In this document: positions 1-10,980 of the stretch, one piece after another
How the letters are laid out: each line of letters opens with the position of its first letter
Position numbering within the stretch: position 1 is the stretch's first letter
Assembly: GCF_009914755.1 (NCBI RefSeq)
Contig: NC_060942.1
Direction: 5' to 3' (one strand)
From: the human T2T-CHM13v2.0 reference genome, Homo sapiens
Length of the DNA: 64,000 nt
Translations under genes and position numbers: made by a program
Notes under the pieces: generated by a model
Seen by the model: the letters and a program-made list of their open reading frames with translations, nothing else
The model's database searches: none
Told to the model about the DNA's origin: nothing

Positions 1-3000
1 AGCTATTAGGAAAAGGTCTTTATAGACTTGACACAAAATTAAAGTCCTTGAAAGTTCTCCTGCCATATGCCTGTATTTTCTACTTCATCATTCCTCCGTC
101 TTATGCAGTGAGTCTAGAGAGTAAACCCGTAGGGAGCAGGATCCCAGCAAACTAAGGAAGATTACAGAAGAAATATATACGAGTGCCAAATCTTGCCCCA
201 TCTCCCTATTGTGGCTACTAATAGGACAAGGAAGAACCAACGGAAAAATAAAAAACTGGTATCTCAAGAAATAAGTGTGGGATAGTCTTCATACACGAAC
301 AGGGTCATATTTCCTCTTTATATTCAGAGGAAATCTCCTGCCCCTTAATACTCAAGCCAGAATGGCCTTTACTACTGGTCCCCACTGTTCCCTGCGAGCT
401 GACCTATGCTGGGGACTTGTCATAGATGATTTATTCTTCACAACTCCACAAAGAATCACTAAGTCAGCTAATAAGCCACATTGCTGATATTCATTCTCGG
501 GATCTATTTGACCCCCAAATCCTATGCTACAGGATCTCCCAAAGTACTTTAATGAAAAGAAAAATGCATGGGCTATCAACAGCAATGTCCACTATAGAAG
601 CAAAAATGTGCTTCCATCTCAGTGACCACTATGATGATTTGTCTTTGTGTCATAGATACAAAGTATCATGATAAATAACTGGGTCTGTAGCAGATTCCAG
701 ATCAAGGCCTAATATAGGTGCCTTAGGCATAAAGTTAGGCCAGGTGGAAAGGTATACAGGACTCCTCATGGGGTATTATTTCTTTCACTCTGATGTAGCA
801 TAAAGGATTTATGACCAAAACCACAGTCAGAAAAATAACAAAAACAGTTACTGTTTATGAGTCAGTCCATGAATATTCATTATAATCACTGTACAGTAAT
901 CAATTAGTAGTATGCACAGCAAGAACAATATGAAATCTGAGGCTACAGATTGCAGAACTGAATAAATCATCATTTGTAAATAGCACAACTAAAGATAATG
1001 CATTTTCCTTTCTGGATGGAAATTCATTTAAGACCTGTATTGGAATAAATATAAGAAAGAAATATATATAAGAAAGGCATAATTTAGACCTTTGTGTCTG
1101 TTCCTACAAATATAGGTTAAGAAAAGTATTACATCTTTTGATTATACAGTTTCAATATTCATATTCATTACTTTCTTTGCTTGATACTGAAAGACAAAAA
1201 CATGAGCTTACCAAATTCCTAATGTTTTATACAATGCAGAGGACTTTTTAAAAAGAGCGTTTAATAAATTTTCTCCTTTTCTAAGTTTACCATTCACAAT
1301 ATCAAATGGTATAATGTGTTCTGGTAGTTTAAACTGCAAGTGTGATGTTTCCACTAATTGTTGCCAGAAAACGTTAATCAGGATCAAAAGCTTCTAAAAA
1401 CAAACTACACTGGAACTACCAAATGTGTAAAACAGAGTTACCATAGTTAAGTGAATTTAAAACTATCGCTGCTTAAAAGTTGGATGTAATCAATGTCAAC
1501 CATTTGCTATATCGTTTTCGGAACTGTTTTAAGTCATTCATCATTTCATTCTTCTAAATTTCTGACACTTTTAATGAAAGAATGTATAAAAATAACAGTG
1601 GTACTATCTAAAAAGCAGATGGGTTGCTCAACAAACTGCATATGCGCGTGCGCGTGAGTGTGCAGTGCAGGCGGGCTCGCAAAAGCACAGGTCCCACACC
1701 AGACCTAAAATGGCTGAGTTGCCGGATGTTGTTGCTTGGTGACCAAACAGTATCTACTCCATCAAAGAGCAGTCTAAACATCAGTGGCAGATATGTCCCC
1801 TCAGGTTTAGACATGACCAGGACAAATATTAAAGGACATATTTATCCTTTCCAGTAGTCAATATTTTTATTTTAAGTCAGTTGTAACTTGCTCGATTTTA
1901 TCATCAGTTAAGTTTAGGCTTTAGGGGGAAGAGTAGTTGGAAAGCTATATTTCTTTTGGGAAAATAAGAGTAGAACCAAGCTTCTTTAACTATGAGACTT
2001 AAAGATAGTCTTGTTTCAATTAAGTCTATGTGGTGTGTCTACTCTGTTCTAGTATAACCTCCCAGGTGCCATCAGTCTCTCTTTCTTTCATTAAACTAAA
2101 GTAGATAATTAGCCTCAGCCTGTCCTCTCCCCTTTTCTCTTTCCCTTTTCGCAGTAGTAATGATGTCTAATTATCAGCAGCAGTGGATTACTGCAACATC
2201 AGGAGCAAAGCATCTCTTACTGACAGCAAAGCCAGCCGTGAACCCTCAAACCTCAAGCAGCTAAGAATGATTCTTAGTCTGCACGAAAATACCATTCAAA
2301 TACAGTATTTTATTTTGATCAATATATGCCTTGGAATTAAGAGAAAATATATTTTTGTCTTCTTGGTGACTGTACTCCTACCATCGGAAAGAAAAATCAA
2401 TGTATCATTAAGGAAGGAATAATTTGAAATGTAGGGAAACACATGATAAAAGGGGATCCTTTATTTTTTAACTCATTGAAATGATGATTGGCTGTCTCTC
2501 AGAGAAGGAGGAGCCTATAATTCTATGTCGGGAGCAGTATAAAAATTTTATAAAGAGCAATAGACGAGTTCATAAATTAAAAACCTCTTCAATATTTCAA
2601 AACAGGCTTGAATGAAAAGCAGAGCTCTTAAATACTACATGAGAACCATTATCTAACAATCACCTGATGAATTATATTCTCTCCCATAAATATATGGAAT
2701 CTTTACTGAATAAACACGTGTTACTTTAATATTATCCCTGAAGTTGTCACTCTATACTAGATGTCTTAGCAGTAATTCTTTAGCTATTCTGCATAAATTT
2801 TTGACTGAAAATAGTGGTATATGAATGCGTGAATGCTAGTTTGAATAACTGACATTTATGATGATCTTAGTATCTCTAAAATTGTTCAGAATTTATGTTA
2901 TTTAAAATAGTCAATCCTTTAAAAGGACACATATGTTAACACATATAGTGGGTGTAGTCAAATCCATATGAGTATAAACTCATTGTACCAATATCCACGT

Positions 3001-3871
3001 GAAGCTATCTGACAGTTAGAGGGACCTAAGTTTAACATAAAAGGAATGAAAAATAAACTTCCCAACTAACAGTGTTTCTTTAAAACATACATGATATTAT
3101 GAAATAATACCTTAAGTAAAGATATCTTAAATGATTTTATCCATTCAGTTAGCTCAGTTTTGTCCAAAGGAAAATGCATGTTTATGTTTTGAATTCTAAC
3201 AATAAATTATTTTTCTACATCATTTCTTGATATTATTCCCAATACAAATTAATCAAAGCACTTCATTCTGTATATCAGATTTCTGGCTCATCCAGATGTA
3301 AATAAACCTCAGTTCTAAATCATGCCAATCTAGTCCTCATTATTTAGGAAAGCCAGACAATAATCTCACCATTGTCTTTAGTAGTGCCACATGCTAAAGG
3401 AGAAGACACCTTTATAGGTCCAACTCTTAGAAATCTCCCAACAATAGTACATTGTTAAAAAAAAAAAAAAAACCACCACAGAACTTTTATATGTGTTTCC
3501 ATTTCACTTTTACTTTTGGTTCCCAATTTCTATATAAATTCTAAAATAAATATACATCCTTCAAACAACTATTTCTAATTAATCTCAGGAAACCATAAAC
3601 TGATTTCCAAACCTAAAAGACCCTTCCAAATAATGCTTTAAAAAAAACTTTTCATGCACATATTTTCAATTCAATATAATATACCTCCATTAGAGATAGA
3701 ATAGCTTTCAAAGCGTCTCCTTTCTAGCATCCTCCAGGAATACTGCACCGGGAAACAGTTGCCAGTACAGGAGGGGGGAAAGGAAGAAATGCTCAAGAAA
3801 CCCCAAAGCGAGGCAAAAATACAAAGGATGCCAGATAGCCTCCCCCATCCCTACTCCAGGCGAGTACCCAC

Positions 3872-3913
3872 CGTGGCATGATGCAGAAAGGTCTCCTGCA
3901 TCAGATCTGCCAT
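3872..3913 (-). CDS. NOL4: NOL4 alternative first coding exon (MADLMQETFLHHAT, 14 codons)
   Basis: ATG in strong Kozak context (AGGATGG) at 3913, 14 open codons, then a phase-0 donor ACG|GTGGGT at 3871, the same phase and last codon as exon 1. It matches my recollection of a NOL4 isoform N-terminus. Confidence 0.8.
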
Positions 3914-3929
3914 CCTACTTGTAGCCCAC

Positions 3930-5730
3930 AGTTCCCATCTTCTTGTGAAGAAAATCGACGCTGCTGCGGCTCCCCAGCCCCACTGGCTTCTGCAGCGTGA
4001 GGCTGAGATGCATTGGGCTCTCAATGCCAGTGCCTCGCGGCGCCTGGGCTAGAGCTTTGTGGCCATGAGACTAGAGCCACCCCAGAAAAAGGAACAAATA
4101 CACACACCATTCGATAGCGCCTAAACCCATCTTTCTTTGTTGTTCATCTTCTAGCTGCGGCTTTATTTGTGGAAGAGGGAAGTGAGGAAGGGAATGGGGG
4201 GGCGGGGAGGAGGAATCTCCAGGACCTTATCTACAATCTCAACAGTCGCGGCAACGATCTCTGGGAGTGATCGAGGCATTCGGGCTGCCCCGTGCCTCCC
4301 GGGCAGCGATCTAACGATAAAACCTGACAGTGTCCTGGGGAAAACCCCACATCCACCGCTAGCGCTACATTCGGGCTTTATGCCAATAAGGAGACACTGT
4401 AGACTATCGATCAGACTCGTCTGCTCTCAGAGCGTGCGGCCGGGCTTCCAGCCTGGCCTTTAGGCGCGGTGGCGGCGGTGGGACACGCGCCAGGCGCCCA
4501 GAGAAGGACATGGGACAATGGCCCAGCCCGAGGACGCCAGACGCCGCCGCCCGACCCGGGGAAGGAAGCTCCTGCAGCCGGTCCGGGAACCCGAGGCGGG
4601 GAGGGAGGCCAGCTCTGGAGGTGCGCTGCCGCTTTAAAATAAAGGACCACAAAGACTGTACAGTGGGGAAAACGCGCCTGGCTAATGCGAGTGGGGACGA
4701 CTTGGGGAGGGGGTTGAGGAAGGTAGGGGGCACACGAGCCAACGGCGGCTCACGGCTCCCCCTCTCTCCCGCCTCTCTCCTTCCTCCCTCCCCGCCGGGC
4801 TGCTCCGGCAGACAAATAACAGAGGAAGGCGAGTCACTCACCGTGGTCTTGACAGGCACGTAGAGCACTTGCTTGGCGCCGCCGCCTCCCCCGCGGACCT
4901 CGTCCGGCTGGCCCAGCTGGAAGCCCTTCGATTTGACCCAGAATTTAAATTTGGCGTTGTCCGTGGAGCTCGACTCGGAGCCATTGAGGAGCTGGACGAT
5001 CCGTTCGTATTTTTTACGGGTCACCGTCTTGGTCTTGCCTGAGTCCCCGTAAGTCCTGAGGCACCAGTCCTGGAACTGGCGGTACATGTCGCGCTCGCTC
5101 TCCATGTTCCCCGCGCTCGGCCGCTGGCCGGATGCTCCCAGCGCACTTCGCACCTGTTCACCCTAGGCTCATGAAAAATGCAGCCCCGGCCACGTTGCAG
5201 GGATGCGAGGTCCCGGCCGCAGCGGGAGCCTGCTTTGGGTGGGGGAAGGGATGGGAAGAGGGGAGGAGGGTCCGGTTGGGCACCAGCAATCAATGCCCCG
5301 TGCTACCAAGTCTGGTCCATTCGTAATTGCAACGGCTGTCTCGGACGTTTTTCCTGTTCCCTTAGCGGTCGGTCTCTTTAATATTTTGTGACCAGGACCA
5401 TCCCAACACCATTCTGGCCCAGAGGAGCTGGGTTTTCAATAATTAAAATCCCATTCCTTGGTTTATTAAAAATCCCAATATTGAATTGGGGTGGTCCCTA
5501 GACGCCTCGCCCCCGGGCTGCGTCCGGGGCTGGGCAGGTGGAGCGCAGCGCCGCCTCCCCGCGCGCGCCCCAGAAGCTTCCCCAGCCACTGGCCCCGTGG
5601 TCCAGGAGTGAGGGCTGCGCCTCTCCCGAAAGCAGCCGCCCGCCCAGCGCCTTTGAGCCCCGAAGGGCACACGGGTCCCGGATCTCTCCTTCCTCCTGGG
5701 TCCTGCTTTGACCTTCCCCACGACGGGTGT
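3930..5730. promoter_or_regulatory. CpG island over NOL4 exon 1 and the start of intron 1
   Basis: High GC and dense CpG relative to the AT-rich flanks; boundaries estimated by eye. Confidence 0.9.
4842..5105 (-). CDS. NOL4: Nucleolar protein 4, coding part of exon 1 (88 codons; gene continues beyond the left edge of the window)
   Basis: ATG at 5105 translates MESERDMYRQFQDWCLRTYGDSGKTKTVTRKKYERIVQLLNGSESSSTDNAKFKFWVKSKGFQLGQPDEVRGGGGGAKQVLYVPVKTT, recognised as the NOL4 N-terminus. It ends at a consensus phase-0 donor ACG|GTGAGT (GT at 4841-4840) and lies in a CpG island. Confidence 0.96.
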
Positions 5731-6359
5731 TAAGGGACTAGAAAGAGAAAGTTCTTACCTGTCATGTTTTTAAACCTATCAAATTCTGTTTTACAGAATT
5801 TTTTATCAAGATATTTTTTAAAACGGTTTAAAATGTCATTTCTTCAGATGCATTTTGAATAAATTCCAGCCCTGTATGTAGATTCTACGAGTTAAGTCCC
5901 AGAAATTAGCAAAGCATTGATGGAGATTTGGCCATAGTTCTACAGGATAGATTGTAGTGCCCCAAACAGATATCCGTTCCAGGGGGATGTGGGTAACCGA
6001 AGGCAGGCCGCTGGCGGCGGGTATCCCGAATAATGATGGGACCCCCAGACAGGACTCCTCTGGTTTCTGCTGAACAAGACATAGAAGTAAGTTTAGGATA
6101 CAGATGCTTGAAAACCTTTGCACGAAATTAAAATATATACAGAAAGATCATTTTCCCCTTGCTTGGTCACAGTTTGCAGTTCACACGGGAGGTTTCAGTT
6201 GTCTATTTTCCCCCTGCCACGTCATGGACACCCCCTCCACTGCTCTGAGTAGCCAAATATGAGTTCCTCTGGACTATTTTTCCAAGCAGATGAAGTCAGC
6301 AGTTGCTCCATTCAGGACTTCCATCCATTTGTTTCCAGAGCTGGAAATAGGGGAGTTCC

Positions 6360-7040
6360 CATCCTCCTCGCGCGGCGGCTGCGGCCGCTCCTCTTTATTC
6401 TACTCTCACCCGAGGCCCGCGCCCGTCCCGGGGAGCGGCTCTGCCAGGAAAACGGCCCGACCAGTGCCCGGCGCCTGGGCTGCGTCCGAGCCCACCTTCT
6501 TCCCTCGTCGTCGTCTCCCAGACTAAATCCCGGAAAGGGAAAGCGGGATGTTTGCGCCCACCGCGCTGTAGCTGGTCCTGACACTTGCAAAATGGTCAGT
6601 GGCTCCTGCTCGGCCAGGCTGAGTGTGTGCGTGTGTGTGAGCAAGGGAGCGAGGGTGTGCGGTGTGCAGGGGGTGCGCTGTGTGTGCGCGCGTCTCCGGG
6701 AAGGTCTCGCGGCGGCTGGAGCCGGGACTGACAGCCCGGGCGGAGCGCAGGCAGCTCCACACGCTAAACCTCTCGCCTCTCCCCTCACCCCCACCCCTCC
6801 CACTCCCCTCTCCTTCCCCCACCCTCCCCGGCCCCTTCCAAGCTCTCTGATTGGCCAATGGGACAAAAGTTTCTGTGGAGACGGCTGGGCGCTGACGTCA
6901 CGGGCAGAATTGTCCCATTTAGGGATCCCGGGGGCAGTGCGCATGCTGCAGGCTGCAGGTTAGAGGCAGAAGGAGGTAGCAGCGGGCCCGGCGGCAGCCA
7001 GGTGGCAGAAAGGAGCACGCAGCATCCAGGTGGGGGGACG
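6360..7040. promoter_or_regulatory. Upstream CpG island / distal NOL4 promoter
   Basis: GC/CpG-rich block with ATTGGCCAAT (6850-6859), a perfect CRE TGACGTCA (6893-6900), an NRF1-like TGCGCATGC (6938-6946) and a C-rich tract (6775-6837). Confidence 0.8.
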
Positions 7041-9499
7041 ACTCCAGCAGGGTTTCCATGGAGATTCCTCTGGGTCTAGCCTAAAAACAGCAGATCAGCT
7101 GACACCATTAGCTCAGGACCTAATTACTGCTTATTGGAGCAACAAATGAGGGAAAGGGCCAGCTGCAAAGGAAGAGTTTTTATCCCCCCACCCCATTCCC
7201 CCATCTCCTTTCTCCCCCTCTCTCCATCCCTCTTGAGTCCCGGGTGAATTCTCATTAACTTGCAAGATTCCTGCAACAACAGCTCCCCTTCTCCAGAGGC
7301 CACCCCGACTGCTTTTATTCTTTTATTTCCTTCTTTTGTATTAAAAAGAAATGCTAAAATAAATCAGTTGTTGAGTCCTTGAATTTTTGTTCAATACGTA
7401 TTAGACCATAGAGCTCAGAGAAGACACTGTCCAATGAAGTCACAAGTGAATCTAATACAAGGGACTCAGGGGAAAAATATCACTTTCAATTTATTGAGGT
7501 GAATCTTTAGATATTTCACATTAAAAAAATCTTAATATCTTAAATACATAAATATTTGAAACACGCAATTGGACAGAAGATATCCTGAACCACCCTTCTA
7601 GTGGGGTATACTTCACAGGAGCAACTCTGTTAAGTTTCCCTTTGTGGCATCAGAGCTCAATTTAGTTAGATATTGGTCATGTGTTTCCTGGAAGTTTCTG
7701 GAAAGATAATTGGTCCTGGGGTAGTCATTCAAGAATAAGCTGGTTCTATAGAATTCACTTTCTCATATGGTTATAGTTCACAATTATAGAACTATTTTAT
7801 GCAGCTTTTCATCTAAAAAGGCATCCCATCCCCTCTAAGCTTTATTTATGTACTTTCAGCCTCCAAAAACCTTCCTTAATCATTCAACTTAATATTAACT
7901 TTCTTCTATAATCATCTGTATTGTGTCTTTCAAACATTTTTTAGCCCTGTCTTGTAGTAAGCCATACACTTTACATTGACATGTAGTGCATACATACATT
8001 TGTTCTGCAAAAATTTTATGAAAACATCTATTTTATTACCTGCAATATACACTGATATTTGCCTTTTTCTCTCCTGTTGATTTTGTTATTATTATTTGGT
8101 AAAGTATAGTCCCAACCAAAAAAATTTATTTTATGACCCAGCAAAGAATGACTGGCAACCTACAATTTGAAAAATATTGTTTTAGATCATAATGACTACA
8201 CTGCTCCTTTTACCTTATTTATATTTTCATATGAGTATGTTTTGTTGGTCAAATAAAATCTTAATTGGAAAACCCTTGAAAGTTTATGTCTTTTTTCTTG
8301 TTTTGTGCAATGAACAATGTGCACAGTAAGTGCTTAATAAATTGAGTTAATAAATTAATGAAAGAAGGAGAACAAGAGTAAGGGAAGGAAGGAAGAAGGT
8401 AGGCATAATCTTTGTCCATTCTTGTTGGCTTTTGCTGGGTAGTGTTTGGTTGAAGTTGGTCCCCCGTCTTAAGGAAATGACAGGGCTTTACCACACACAC
8501 ATGTGTTCATTGTATTTATAACTATACTTGACACCCTAATGCATAGCAACTAGAACACCCTAGACATACAGAACTCCCAGAAGATAAATATGTCATCAAC
8601 CCCCACTTGTATTCACTAGATTTGATATACAAGCACAAAAACCCCACAAAATGAAATAGATTATATGAAATACATTCTTTTTAAGAAGAAAAGGTAAATG
8701 ATTAACTACTGAAAGACTGTTTGCATTGGAGGAAAGGAATACAGGGTTCAAAGATTTCAAGGGTCCTAAGTCTCAGAGCCCTGCAGATTCTCTTGTTTTC
8801 AGTGGAACCCAAAGTGTAATATGCTCTGTACTTGCACCCATTATTAGTTGTGCTGGCTGAGCCAACACCTTCAACCATATCTTGTCCACCTAGGAAGGTA
8901 GGCACCTAACAAAAATCTAAAATCTGCTTCAGCAACTTACTCTGGACTAATTTTCCTTCTTTGAACTTCTCTAGAGTCAGGTCTGACCAGCCCCATCTCA
9001 GGGTCATCCTGAGCTGCTTCCTCAGCTATATGGTTCATGTGAACAGGCTGCCTGGGATTTAACCTGGTATGTTCCCAGGACACTTTCCTCAGAATTGCCT
9101 GGCTACAAAGCATATCTCTCCGAAATGTTTTTCTTCACCCCTTCTGAATGCCAATCCCCAATCTGGGCCCAGGGGTCCTGTCTGCCTGGCAGGCAGAGGA
9201 AGAAAAGAGAGGAAGAGGAAGGCAAAAAGGTATGTGAAACTTATATTTTAATTTAAAATAATCCAAAACGTGGGCTATCATCAATATGATTTTTGTTATA
9301 GAAGTAAAATTTCTTCCAACTTCATGGTCAGTTTGTAAATGACATTTTAAAAATCCAGAAAATCTTGCACTTTATTATCAATCACAAATATTTACACAAC
9401 ACTATGTGTTCATCAGCAAAATGTTAGAGTACAAACAACATAGAATCTGTAATCAGAAAATCCATGTTCAAAGAATAAACAAGCTTTCATTCCTTCAAA

Positions 9500-10980
9500 T
9501 AATTGTGGTTTTTATTAAACAAATATTAACCAAGCTTCAGTTACTCTCACAGGTTCTAGGGTTAACGTCCTCAGCAAGACAGATGTATATGCATGGTTCC
9601 CATCTCATGGAACATAAATTCTTCTAAGGACAGCAGACAACAAAGCAAGAAATAAATAATTAGAGCTTTATGCAAGTGCTGGGAGGGGGAAAAATAGCAG
9701 CATAAGAGAAAACAGTGACAAGGTAGAGAGACTTGATGAGCTTAGGGAAGATCTTTCTGAGTAGGTAACATTTATCATGAGACCTGAAGATTCAAAGGAG
9801 TCAATTATGTGAAGCCAGGAAGGTGAACTATAGGCAAAGCGCAAAGGTCCTAACGTAAAAGAACTCTTGGCATGTTTGAGGAATAGAAAGAAGGCCAAGG
9901 CAACTGGAGCTTGAAAGAGAAAGGTAGAACGTGAGATCTGAGTAGACTTCTGCAGCCAGATCTTGTAGGGCATTGCTTACATTTTATTGATAAGTGCTTA
10001 TATTTTATTGGTCCAGTGGAAAACCAGTAAGATATCTCAGGCAGGAGAATTATATGATATGATATGCATTTTTATTAGTGTCACTGGCCACTTTGAGGAG
10101 AAAGGATTGGAAAGGGACAAGCATGAAAGCAGGAAGACCAGCTAGAAAAAATGGTGATAGTTGAAGTAGTAGCTTAGATGAACTATTACGGCGATAGATT
10201 AGAGTATTAACAGAGGAGGTAGAGGGAGAGAAGTGATGGGTTGAAGATACAGTTTAAAGAAAGAATAGAGCTTCCTGAATGTGTATCTCCTCCACCCCCC
10301 TGCCCCCACCCCACAATCCATATGTTGAAATCCTAACCCCCAAGGTGATGGTATTAGGAAGTGGCACCTTTGGGAGCTGATTAGGTAATGAAAGGAGAGC
10401 TGGTCATGAATGGAATTGGTGCCTTCATGAAAGAGGCCTCACAGAGCTCCTCTGCCACTTCCTCCATGTGAGGACGCTGAAAAGATGGCCATCTATGAAG
10501 AGGAGTCTCACTAGACATCACATCTGCCAGCATCTTAATCTTGGACTTTCCAGCCTCCAGACCTGTGAGAAATAAATTCCTGTTGTTTATAAGCCACCCA
10601 GCCTATGGTAGTTTGTTATAGCAGCCCTAGTGAACTAATACACTGATGGACTGCATGTATCAGATGAGAGAAACGATTGAATCAAAGACGACTACATGGT
10701 TTCTGGCTTTAGTAGTGAGGCTAGTGAAGCCATTGACTTACAGAGAAATGTTTGGGGGAGGAACAGATTGGGAGTTGGAGGCTGAGGGAGGAGCAGAAGC
10801 AAGTTGGGGTGGAGAGGCAGGAAGAAAGAATTTAATTTCAGAGAAGTTAAATTTGAAATACCAGGAGAGTTGTTCATGTAGGAATTGAATATAGAAGCTT
10901 GAACTACAGAGAAAAGTCTGGATTGGAGATATAAATACAGGGAATTTAAAGCCATAGGAATGAATGACATCACCTTTGTC
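9500..10980 (-). mobile_element. L2 LINE fragments, interrupted by an MLT1 LTR
   Basis: Degraded L2-like tracts (e.g. GGCATGTTTGAGGAATAGAAAGAAGGCCA, GTTTCTGGCTT, GGATTGGAGATATAAAT) on both sides of the MLT1. Confidence 0.65.
10277..10642 (+). mobile_element. MLT1A/B-type MaLR solo LTR
   Basis: CATATGTTGAAATCCTAACCCCCAAGGTGATGGTATTAGGA...CCAGCCTCCAGACCTGTGAGAAATAAAT...TTTGTTATAGCAGCCCTAGTGAACTAATACA is typical MLT1. Confidence 0.85.

Noticed and set aside
4404-5153. 249-aa ORF as a single-exon protein
   Set aside because: Only 4842-5105 is NOL4 coding; beyond the GTGAGT donor it is GC-rich intron read-through.
6259-7079. Overlapping 110-234-aa ORFs on both strands
   Set aside because: Low-complexity Pro/Arg/Gly ORFs are expected in a stop-poor CpG island; no recognisable domain.
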